Of a stretch of 64,000 nt of DNA, positions 26,167-38,068 are shown piece by piece. Source of the DNA: Geosiphon pyriformis uo1 (Eukaryota > Fungi > Glomeromycota). A model generated the notes under the pieces. That model worked only from the letters and a program-made list of their open reading frames with translations, did no database searches and was not told the DNA's origin. The translations under genes and the position numbers were made by a program. Positions within the stretch are counted from its first letter, which is position 1, and each line of letters starts with the position of its first letter. The stretch is from contig JAAOMT010000258.1 in NCBI GenBank assembly GCA_016748015.1, forward strand, positions 684,173-748,172, given 5' to 3'.

Positions 26167-27379
26167 TGGTTAGGTGCTTTAGGGTAGAAGGTGATGTATT
26201 AGCGAGGGGGCTTGCGTTGAGAAAGTTTAAGATTCAAAATTGAGGAATTGAGAAGTTTACCAATCGGTAACACATAAATTTAATGATGACATCATGTGAT
26301 CTGGCTAGTTTCCCCAAAGATTGGCGATGTGAGCGAAGATCTTTTCAGATTTTGAACATTTATAAGTTGTGTATTCTCTAACAAACAAAAATACGTCTCA
26401 ATGCTAATTTCAAGTAGTTTTAAAAACTCATCTCGGAAATTGCTAAAATCCAGAAATACTGAAATTTTAGCAAAATATTGTACAAAATAAATTTAATTTG
26501 GTTTTATTATACAAATGTTAATTGGTATTAAGTTTTGTTGAATAATTAATTGGTTTTTGAAATATTAACAAAATTTGCATAAATAAAATGTGTTAAATTT
26601 TTTATTAAAAGCATATTTGAATTAAGCTGAAGAAATTAAATTTTAAATATAAATAAATTCTTTAATATTAATTATAAAACTATTTTTATTTTGGTTAGTT
26701 TAAATAATCTCTTAAGTATTTAACTTGTTGTTTTACAAAAACAATAAATAAAAATAGATAGAAATACAATATTAAAGATACAAATATTAAAAAGTAGATT
26801 CATTTTAAGAATGTTTTTTTATTAGAAATAATTATTTTTTTTACAATTTTAAAAAAACTGTAAATTTGAAATTAATATAAACTTTTTTTTATAATATTAT
26901 ATGTAATTTAACTAATAAAATATTTAAAAAAAAACTTGGTTTTATGGTATTACAAATGGATGTTTGGGTTTTTATTGAGTTTTTATAACTTAGTGCTTTG
27001 ATTAGTTAATACTAAAATTTGAAATTTTTTTTTTTTATATAATAAATAAAAGTTTAATAAAATATTAGATAATACTTGGTGTTTAACTTTTTTAACATAA
27101 TAACTAGTTTATTCTGGTATTTACACTCTTTTAATAAGCAATTTTAGTTTTTATAATATTTTTTACCAAACAATCTTTGATATTATAATCTTAATACTTT
27201 TTTTTAATCAATTAGTAAAATAAAATAAATAATTAAAAAATATAATAATAGAAATATAAATTAGTATTCTATTAATAATATTAAAATCAAAAAATCATTT
27301 AAATTTTAAGTTAAAACTTTTGTCATTTAAAATTATTAAAATATTTAATTTAAATTCTTAAAACAAATTTTTTGTATTA

Positions 27380-28700
27380 TTAGAATATTAATTATATTTT
27401 AATATTATTATTATTTTGTTTATTGTATTTAAAGTCAAAAAAAGATACAAAATAGCTAAACATTATAAATTTAATTTGTTTTAAATTTGAAATTCAGTTG
27501 GCTATTTTTAAATATATAAAAAACTTTGTTATTAATAAAAATTAAATAATTTAAAATATATTAGAATATTTATTTTATTGTTTTAATTAAAATTACTAAA
27601 AATATTTTTAAAAAATTTTGTTTAAATATATATTAACTACTTATAATAAGTTTAATGTATTTTATGAAAATAATTTCTCAGTTTTAAAAATATTTTAACT
27701 TAATTTTTAATTTTTGTAGTAGAATTTATTATAAAAAATACATTAAAAAAAATTAAAAACTTTGATAATATTGCAAAATATATAAAAATTTTATGATTTT
27801 TGTTAATTAGTATTATTTACAAAAAATTTTGATTAGAATTAAAATATGTAAGAGATTTATTAAATTTTTTAAAAATTTTTACAATAATTATGTTAATTAA
27901 ATTTTTAATTTAATTAATAATTATATAATATATAATAATTTAAATTAAAATAAGAGTTTTTTTTTAAATGATTTTTTATGATTTTTTTTGTGTAAAATTA
28001 AAAAACATAAGCATTTATATAATTATAGAATAAACACTAAATTTGTTTTTAAAACTGGCAAAATTAAAACTATAACTGGTTTAATATTTTACTTGGATAT
28101 TAAAACTTTTATTAATAATACAATTTAAATTGAAAATAATTAAACTATTATTTAATATATTTTAAATATTATTAATAAGTTAATAATATTTTAATTAAAA
28201 AAAAATTAAGATCTAAAAGTTAATTTACTAAAAAACGTTTTTATTTAAAATCTTATATTATCTATTCTTTTATAATTTAAATTTTTTAAGCAAATTTAAT
28301 CTAAAAATAAAACGTTGTATTATATTAGATAGTAATTGGACTGTATTTATAAATAAAAAAATAAAAAAATTTAACCAAATTATTAATGTAGTTACTGATC
28401 TAATTATTAAATCTTTTTTAAGAGTATATAAATAAGATTTTTCAAAATTGTAGAAAGTAAAATTTAAAACAAGAATTCACATTCAGATTAATTTATATAA
28501 AACAAAAATTTTGTTAAGTATATTAAATAAATATTTACTAAAAAATACAATTAATATCTAATATTAAATTCTAAAAATGCTAATATAAAGTATAGAATTA
28601 TATTAATGTGTTATCTTTTGTTAACTGTATAAACTATTTTTCTACTTTCAGATTCTTTTGTTATTTTTTGAAAAGAATAATGACAGAAATATTTATAAGA
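27380..28700 (+). mobile_element. Highly degenerate LINE ORF2 (reverse transcriptase region) relic; boundaries approximate
   Basis: Plus-strand remnants such as KTGKIKTITGLIF and NILIKKKLRSKS.L..../LYYLFFYNL...KQI*SKNK resemble fungal LINE RT C-terminal blocks after G>A/C>T erosion. Confidence 0.4.
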
Positions 28701-31700
28701 CTGATTTTATATATTAAATTTTTATTAGTTTAATTCACTTATTAAAGTTGAATTATTTTTATTATTATATAATACAATTTTTTCTTGCTATTTGTTAGTG
28801 TGTTATTTTTGACCATAACAATATTTTTATTTATCTTATAATTAAAACTTTCTAAATTAATTTTTGTATTATATTATATTTTTGATTTTGTTTTTACTTA
28901 AACTTTTTTAATTTATCTTAATAAATCTTTTATTGAATAATATTATAGAACAAATCTTGATATTTACAATTAATTGTAATATAATTAAATATAATTTTTT
29001 TTATCTGTATTATAAAAAATAGCAACTTCATTAATAAAGCAACATTTAACAATATTTTTTAAAAAAAAAACAGAAAAACAATATAAAAATACTTCATAAT
29101 ACCAACTTTAATTTATTAGTAGACACAAAAATAATGGTTTTTAAAAAAATAAAACGAATTCAAAAAAAATGGTCAAATCAATTTCTTTAAACATTGATGG
29201 CTTAATTTTAAAATATTGTTTCAATTTATTATAAATTATTATAGAAGAATCGAAGGTTACTTTTTTCGGTTTTGAAATCAACATCATGTTTTAAAATTTA
29301 CTTGGTCAATATATTGCTAATACAATTTAAATTTACAAAAGTACTAACACAAAGCATTTTTTCAATTCCTTTAATATTTAAATGTTCTTGAATGAATTAG
29401 TTTTATTTCTATTAATAAATTTAATATTATTCTTAATAAATAGATAAATATAATGTCTTTGAATTGTTTTAATAAGGCATTAATTGCTCAAGAAATGATA
29501 GCTAATATATCAAACAAATTTTATTTAATTAACAATTCAATAATTATTTTATTAATTTTAAAACTTGGTTTACAAAGTCTTTTTCATATTAATAATAAAT
29601 AATATCATGCGTGTAATTGATGAAAATTATGAAATAAGTTGTTTAAAAGATTACATTAAAAATTGCAACATGCTGGTTATCATAAAACACATAAAGCTGT
29701 AAGTCATAATTTTATTTAATTTTAAATTTAAATATTATATATTAATATTTTAGGTTATTACTCAATATAATTGGGCATCCGAAGTTTTATTAAAAAAGTT
29801 TAATACTACATATAATATATGTACAAATTAGTAACATTATTAACATCAACATCTATAAAAGTGATAATTTTATTAGAATTTATGTTATGTTGCAAAAATA
29901 AGAAATTTATTAATTTATAGATCAATTTTAGATAGAAATATAAATGAATTGTACATCTAAAAAATTATTTTACAAGATACTTATAAATATTTTCATTTTT
30001 ATAAGAAACAAAATATCTTTTAATAAATAAAAAGTCACAAAAAGTAATTGGTTTACATAAATAGTAAACGCAAAAATCAAATTGAAGATGATTAGACTTT
30101 TCCTTCCGGTCCCGGCGATTTTTAAATCTATAAGATTTCTCATATTTAATATTTAATGTTGATACTTTGAATTGATACCATATTATAAAAGCTAATCCAT
30201 ATTTCGATTTCGTGCTGTGACATAACATTTACATGAGTGAAGGGTAAGACTAATTAGTTTGACAATCTTAGTTGCATTAAAGACTTCATAGTTCTAATTA
30301 AGAAATTAGAATACATTAGGCAAATGAAAAAATAGGTGGATAAACAAAATGAGTGGCGGCAGGAATAAATAAGACTTATATTTACATTATTGCTTTCACG
30401 CTTTGCAAAGAAAAGTAAATAAAGTTTTTGGCAATCAGCTTTTTAAATGAATATATTACTTCATTAGGCTATTTGCCATAGAAGACCACATTCTGTTTAA
30501 TGATAAAAATATTTTAGATTACACAAAATAAACAAGGAGATAGAAATAAATATACTTGAATATTTTTTAGTGCTAAATCTCAAAACTCCTTTCAAAAACC
30601 TATCTTTTAAATTAGTTCATCGTCGAGACTTAAGATTTTCTAATGAATCGTAAACCGCAAAAATTTTTGATCTCATTTTAAAATATCTTTAATTTATTCT
30701 TCAAATTCATATTGAATTTAATTAACAAAATAGGGAACCACTTTAACATATATTTTTGTTTCTTAATTTTCATCTCCACGATGGTAAGTCTCTATAAATT
30801 TTTTTATATTAAAAACGGCATAAATAATAAATATGATTTCAAAATTTAAAGGGGACATTCAATGGTACTCATAAGTAAACAAGTAAGAAATAAAAATTTA
30901 TGTGTACAATCCTTTTGGAATTAATAGAAAAAGATCAAAAAAGAGATGGATTGAAAATGGGAATTTCAACATTCTTTCTTATATATGTATGGAGGAAACA
31001 AAATCTCAGCCGATGGAACCTATTAGAGTACGCAACAAAGGAACTCTGGGCACTTGATATGTCAATACCTTTTCAGTAGATTCACCACACCTTAAATATT
31101 ATGCTACGATTAGAAAGTGTTTTAATTAAAACCTTTAAATCTCTAAAAACCTATTATTGACTTTTATCTTAAAATTATAGTGGAAAATAATCTTGAGATT
31201 TAAAAAAATACATTATATATAATTAATAAACTAATTACAATATTCCTAATTGTTTGTGCACATTTTTTAGCTTCGTAATTTAATATACATACATTATTGA
31301 ATTAATTTCAGTTAATAAACTTAATTCAACATTTTAGAAATTTATAAATAAGCATTAATTATAGTGCTTAAATACTTTTAATCATAAATAGAATAAATTT
31401 TGATAAGATATTAATACCTTTATTTACTATATTTTTTAATAATAATAATAATAATAATAAAGCCTTTTTAATTTAAATTGATTAAACATATTAGTATTTT
31501 TTATAAAAATTTTATTTATATATATTGTTTATATAATTTAATAAAATTAAATATGGTATTGAAATTTTACAATATAATTGATTTTGAATTAAATAAAAAG
31601 ATTTCCAAAATATAAATTTAAAAACTTGTATCAAATCATATTTAAGAATATAGATTTTTCTAATCAGAATAATTTCTAATTAAGTTCATTAATATTTTTT

Positions 31701-34372
31701 ATTGCTCATTCAAAAAATATAAATCTAGCATAATAATGCCTACTTTAACACTGACACAAATATATTTTGTTCATTCTAGTTTAAAGGTTTTCTGCTTTTT
31801 AAAGGCTTTTAAGTTCAAAATAGAAAGTATAGTTTAAATTCGAATAAAATCAAACATTCGATGGATTTGAAAAATTGCTTAGAATTGAATTTTCTTCAGA
31901 AGAGATATTAAGCACACAAAATTAATTGATTAAATTATTTAGCTTTCAGCAAATACAAAAAGAATTGGTGCAAAAAATTTTCTCTTTATCAGTAGATAAT
32001 TCGGTGAACTTAAGAGCTATTTAAATAAGGCCCTATAAAACTAAAAAACTAAAATTAATTTATTTTTAACATATTGAAACATATAAATAAATATTCCTAT
32101 TTTTTTTAAAAGAACTCTCTTTTCCAAATATATATTTTTTTTAACAAATAGATTTCATTAACTAGAGATTAAAATATTTTAACATTGCTTACTATACAAA
32201 TATTTTATATTTCTATTAATTTATGTACAATAATTCTTAAATATGAATAATAAAGAATGAATACTTTAAATACATTTCTTTAAATCTATATTGTTATTTG
32301 CATTATTCTACTATTCTCGCATAATCAAAATTTAGGGTAATGGTTTTTAACATTTTACGTGAACAAATAAATATTAGTGCATTTTTAAGAGGATTCTTTC
32401 AAAAGCTGAGATTTATCGCTTCTGCCAAAGGTTCTATTGAAGAACCTAGATGATTTAGTAGCACCAGTCAATGTTCAATTATGCAAAATTTGAAGATTAT
32501 TGCCATTTGAAATTCTCTTTCCTTGACTATTATCATTCTTTTCTGACATGGAACCGAAATTTGAAGAACCAAGGTCATTATCTTAATCAAGAAAAATTTA
32601 AACAAAGTTTCAATTCTTTAAATGATTATCTGAACCTCACAAATGAACACAATTGTAAAAGTTATTAAGATATTTTCTCTTTTAATTTGAATTGTTTTTT
32701 ATATAATGTAATTAATTTTACTAAATATCTAAGAAAATAGTTCTCATATTAAATTGGTAACCAAATATTACAAAAAAAGGTTAATTTCATTGGACTTTCG
32801 AATATGGCAGGAAAATATTATTAAATCGAAATTAAACTTTTATATTTTACAAAATTATATTTTGAATTAATTAAACAAACAATATACCAATTCGAAACAA
32901 TTTATGTTAAAAAAATTTAGGTATTTATTTTATTTAATTAGAAAAAACCTGAATCTAATGTTTCATATATATTCATAATTTCAATAGAATTTATTGTTTC
33001 ATGTTAAAGATGAATAAATTAAAAATGAGAATTACATAAATTTAAAATACAATTTTATATTAAAATAATTTATATTTTCAAAATTAAGTGTGGCACACTA
33101 AATAAATTATTTTTCAAAAATTAATTCTTAATATTTTTACATACAGATTTTTAATGTTATTAGTAAAATATTAACTATTTTGTAATTAATAAATTGTTAT
33201 CTAAGTGATTGTGATCAATATTTATACATTAATTATAGGGTGAAAAAATGAATTTTAGTTTCCCGCTAATAATAATTTTCGTGCAAAGATTAAATTCTAT
33301 CTTCTATCAATTCATGAAATGATTAAAAGCAAAGAATGAAAATGAATCAATGAATCATAAAAATTGCTATATGTTTTACTCGATTTAGAAAATCTGTTAA
33401 GAACTACGAAATAGTGATTTTAACATAAACTTCTAATAAAATTTAAGATTAAAGAATGTGCAGACTTTTTATGCATATTTTTCTTCAGTGAAAAAAGCTT
33501 ATTAAAATCAAATTTAAATAAACTCAAAATCTTTGGAGTTTTCTGCGGGAATCTGTTAATTTGTAATTTAAATAAATTTATAATTGTTTAAATATTTTGA
33601 ATCATGAAATTAAATATGAATTTGATACTAAAAAATACATATATATAATTGAAAATAATTATTAATAATAATATTAAAAATTATGAAACTTGTCATTATT
33701 AATTGTAAAATAAACTAAATTTCAATTTTTTATAATATTTGTTTTTTTACTAGGATTTTTAATATCTTTATTAAATTGAATAAATAAATAAAAGACTTGC
33801 ACAAGTATTCGTCAAATAGTTCAAGATTTTGGAGTTTGTTTCTATAATTATGTTAATTAGTCGATATTGATCCTTAAAACGGTTTGAACTTAAATCAAGG
33901 CAATATATAATAATAGGATTTTTTGATTAAAAGCAGTTTCTAAAAAATAATTAATTTGTTTTATAACTTTTTATTGAAATCCAAGCTAAAAAAATTATAT
34001 TAAACTTGTTATTAAGATACCTTATGAATTTATAAAAGTCTCAAAGAAATTTATTAATAAGTTATTAAAACTAGCAATCACCAATCAATGTGTAACTCAA
34101 TTTTACGTTTTCATTTAAACTGAAAATAGCAAAAAGACAATGCAAAGCATAGTTTCTTACGCCTTTATCATCATTTGAGTTCTACTTATTTAACCATTCT
34201 CAGAACTTTCTAACATTTCAGAATTCTTCAAGGTCTAGCCTTTTCGGGAATGTGATTTATTAAAATTACAGTTGAAATTCTTATTTATTGGCAAGATGAA
34301 CTCTTTAAAAATCTTTCTTTACCTTTCTAAAATATTAGAAATTTGATAATCTATTTTTTTTGCTTAAAAATC

Positions 34373-35253
34373 ATGGCTTCAACTTCATTAATTGAAAATG
34401 TAACTTCACTCTTTGATTGGCTTAAAGGAGCATTGATTGTTATAAAAGAAAATTTATCTATTTCCTAGCTAGAAAATATTCAAAAGTTGCTGACTTGGTA
34501 AAAAAATATCTTGTGCACAATCAGAAAAAACTTGAAGATTTATTTGATTGTTTGAATAATAAAAGTTCAAAGTGTTCGATAGATTATATTTTACTCGGTT
34601 TTTCTTTAGAACATAGGATTGGAACTATTCTTAATTCGACAAAAGCATTTTTAGAATTTCAGAGAGCAGCAAATCCAGAAGATCCTTTAGATCAATCTTT
34701 CTTATATCATTGTTACAGCATTGGAATTAGTACTTTACAAGATTGAGGAAAAGCATTTAAGCTCTATTCAAAAGTAGCAGAAGCAAAAGATTTAAAGGCA
34801 CAATACAATCTTGCACTTTGTTATGCTAATGGAGAAAGAACAATAAAAAATAAAGAAAAAGCATTTGAACTTTATTCAAAAGCAGCAGAGGCAGAATATT
34901 TAAATGCACAATACAATTTTGCAAATTGTTATGCTGAAAAGAAACAACAAAAATTTAGAAAAAGCATTTGAACTCTTTTCAAAAGCTGCAGAGGCAGGAC
35001 ATTTACTTGCACAAATTGCGCTTAGAGCATATCATCGAAATTGATTGGAAACAACAAAAATCTGGAAAAAGGGAGAAATCCAAGTCCACAAACCAGTATT
35101 GGAACATATTATCGAAATAAATGGAAAATAATAAAAAATCTAGAAAAAACATTTCAATTCTATTTAAAAACAGCAAAGACAAGAAATCAAAATACACAAT
35201 ATAACTTTGGATGGTATTATCAAAATGGATGGGAAATCACAAAAAACCTTTGA
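34373..35253 (+). pseudogene. Sel1-repeat (SLR) protein pseudogene
   Basis: Repeats KAFKLYSKVAEAKDLKAQYNLALCYANG, KAFELYSKAAEAEYLNAQYNFANCYAE and AFELFSKAAEAGHLLAQ, with an in-frame stop at 34744-34746 and frameshifts. Confidence 0.8.
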
Positions 35254-36095
35254 AAGCAAAAGAAGTAAATAATTTATGTTTTTCAAGTAATTTTCCTGAT
35301 TTGAATATCGATGACCTTACTTTAAAGGATCAAGACAATCTGGAATATGCCATATTACGATTCCAAAATCGAGGCTTTAAATACCCTAAATAATTTGAAA
35401 GGAAAATTTTTAAATTTTGAAGCCTTTTTTGAACCAGCTCTCAGATGAATTCAAGTGTTTTAAATGTGGCAACTTGGGTATAATCATTAATGGATCTCCT
35501 ATATGTCCATTTTATGATACCCGTATCTACCACTATTATCGTTAAAGCCTCCGTTAATAGTACCCTGGGAATTCTGGCTCTCCTTTTTAATTTTTTACAC
35601 TGATGATTTTCATTTGTTGGTTTAGGAGCTGTTGGTTAGGAAGTTTAGAGCAGTGCAGTTAAATGGCAAAGGTAAATTAGCCAAGATGAGTTTTATTTCC
35701 TTTTTGCAAAAAAGTCAAATACGGGAATGCTCCTAATCCCCAAAAAAATTTGGTTTCATATAATGAAATACATACCTGTGTCAATGACCTCACTTTTAAT
35801 GTCTCGACTAATATCTATTTGTGTTTATCAAATAACATGTGTTATTCAGCAATAGTTCCCAAAACTCTAAATCTGTGTATCGAGTCGCTTTTCTGTACAC
35901 GGTGATCTGGGTTACATGAAGATTTACACAGTAATTTTGAGTCCAGATTGTTTTTTAGCAAAAGAATGATATTTAGAAATGAGAAGTGCTCGAAATGATG
36001 CATCGTTAATTTTTATATTAATTAACCAAGTCTTGAATCGGAAAGGTAAAATTTTAAAAGAACAGATCCTAAGAATCAGGATTAATAAACCATTA

Positions 36096-37699
36096 TTACC
36101 ACCAGGCATCAACATTGTCAAGATCAGGACGACCACTTTTATTCATTGATTCTTAGAATGGCGTACAGATTGTTTAGCGGTTATTTTCTGATTATGATTA
36201 GTATCCCCGTTGGGCAAAAGATGAAGTAACTATCAGTTCGTCTTTATCATTGCTTCGTGGCGTCCAAAAAGTTCTTTGCGTTGAACACTACAACCGCGAG
36301 GTGGTTCATTATAGGAAGAGCCAGAGTTTGTGAATTGACTTAGCCATGGTCTAATTCCATCATCAGCTTCCCTTTTATTTCTCCATGGTATATCAGGGCA
36401 ATTTTCATTAATGTCGCTCCGTAGCCTATCTTTTTGGGATTCCCTTGCAGGCCATAGACTCCTGAGAAAAGGTTCGTTGATTAAATATCGGTTCAATGAC
36501 TTCCTGACTTCCTTTATTGAATAAAAGTTACCGCCACTTGGATAGTTCCCAGCTTTATTTTCTAGTCTAGTCTCTCACGGTTTATTATTATTATTATTAT
36601 TAAAATTCCAGTCTCCACCGAGGCATATTCGAGTTCCAATCACCTTTAGGACTTAATCGCTCTTTATTAGCCCTGGGCTTATGATTATTTCCCAGGGCAC
36701 ATTCTTACTCCAGTCGTCACTACTCAGGTTATGATTGGAGCCCATCCGTCACCAGAAGCATCATGGACTGATTTTGTTTCGTTTTTTGTTTTCCCAAGGT
36801 ACTTTATGTGAATTCCAACCGCTCCCATCACCAACATCATTTGCACAAGGCGCTTTTTCAGTTTCCCATGAAGCTTTCCAGGATTCCAATTATTATCACC
36901 ATCTCAAAAAGGATCACTACCTCTTTCAGAAGGACAATCTCTAATCGTATGTCCTTTATGCAAACTAGTAATTAGATTTTTACTCTGATTTGTATTATAA
37001 ATCGAAAAAATCAATAATTGAAATCTACCTTTGCCACTTTTAGTACAGATGATTGGACACCTTTCGAATCACATGTATGATTTTGAGAAAAGAGGCATTA
37101 GTTACTAGTATCCGAGAGAAGGACAAGATTATTGCTTTTGACCTATATTCAGCGTAATAGTCGGGCGCTCTTCTTAATTGGATTTTCAAGTGATCAGTTT
37201 AAGAGGAATTTTTCAAAGTTTTTTGTCTTACTTTGTCCAATGATCACAAGAACCATAATTTTGGTAAGTCAAGGGAGGTACTTCTAAAAGTTAATAATGA
37301 ATTTAAAAGATTTGGTTCAGGACAATCCCTAAAAGCGAGTATATAAAATAAATTAACATTGATAAATTAATCAAAAGAAACCATTTGATACATACTTTCC
37401 AAGATGGCCTTTGGCTTTACAATTGAAGCACATAGCTTCGTGATTATCTCTTAACGGGATCTGAGGCGCCAACACCGACAGTTCGGGGAAGCCAAGAATC
37501 GCCCATTACAAGGTTGGCAAGATATCTTTCCTTTCAAGCCGATATAGGTTATTATTAGAGCTGATGTTAATTATCACTGTACGTCTAATCCAAAAAAACT
37601 TCCCAAGGCCACAATGTGAGCAATACACTTCGAGTCTCTGATGAAAACACTATTTGTAAAATTTTTACCCTAAAAACCCACCTGCAGACCGATTTTCAT
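36096..37699 (-). pseudogene. Disrupted gene with CCHC zinc knuckles and a Trp/Gly/Asn-rich C-terminal region
   Basis: Spliced remnants CFNCKAKGHLGK|DCPE and ICTKSGKG|HTIRDCPS, with GT-AG introns splitting the knuckles, followed by GSGWNSHKVPWEN, DDWSKNVPWEN and GDWNSN. Stops and frameshifts throughout. Confidence 0.55.
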
Positions 37700-38068
37700 G
37701 GTCCAATTCTGGGAAAACGAAATATATAATTAATGCATTAGTACTTAAGAGAAATGTTCCAATAATCGTTTTCAATAACTATATAGCATTGAACCAGGAA
37801 CTATCCTTCAGACTAGCAGTCCCAGCTTGCATCAGCGTCGAACTAGCAGTTCATTACTGTTGGACTAAGTTCTTAACTCATTCAGGCATCAAATTAACAT
37901 TATATCCCTAATAAACAAATTCAGAGAACTCTTACCCTATCTTGTTAACAGCAAAATTATGATAGACACCTGACGCTCAATAAATTTTGGTGCCACAAAT
38001 GCATGTGAAAAGAAGATTTTTGTAAAAATTTTTCTAGTCTCATTTTTCACGGTTACGCGTCTTCAAAA

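Noticed and set aside
30600-32670. Slightly GC-richer patches that might be kinase or other pseudogene fragments
   Set aside because: No diagnostic motif could be recovered in any frame.
33519-33841. MITE suggested by inverted aaactc(c)aaaatctt ends
   Set aside because: The match is short and AT-rich, with no TSD or second copy in the window.
37639-37670. Hammerhead ribozyme core CTGATGA (also on the minus strand at ~20882-20888)
   Set aside because: No stem II followed by GAAA in either case.
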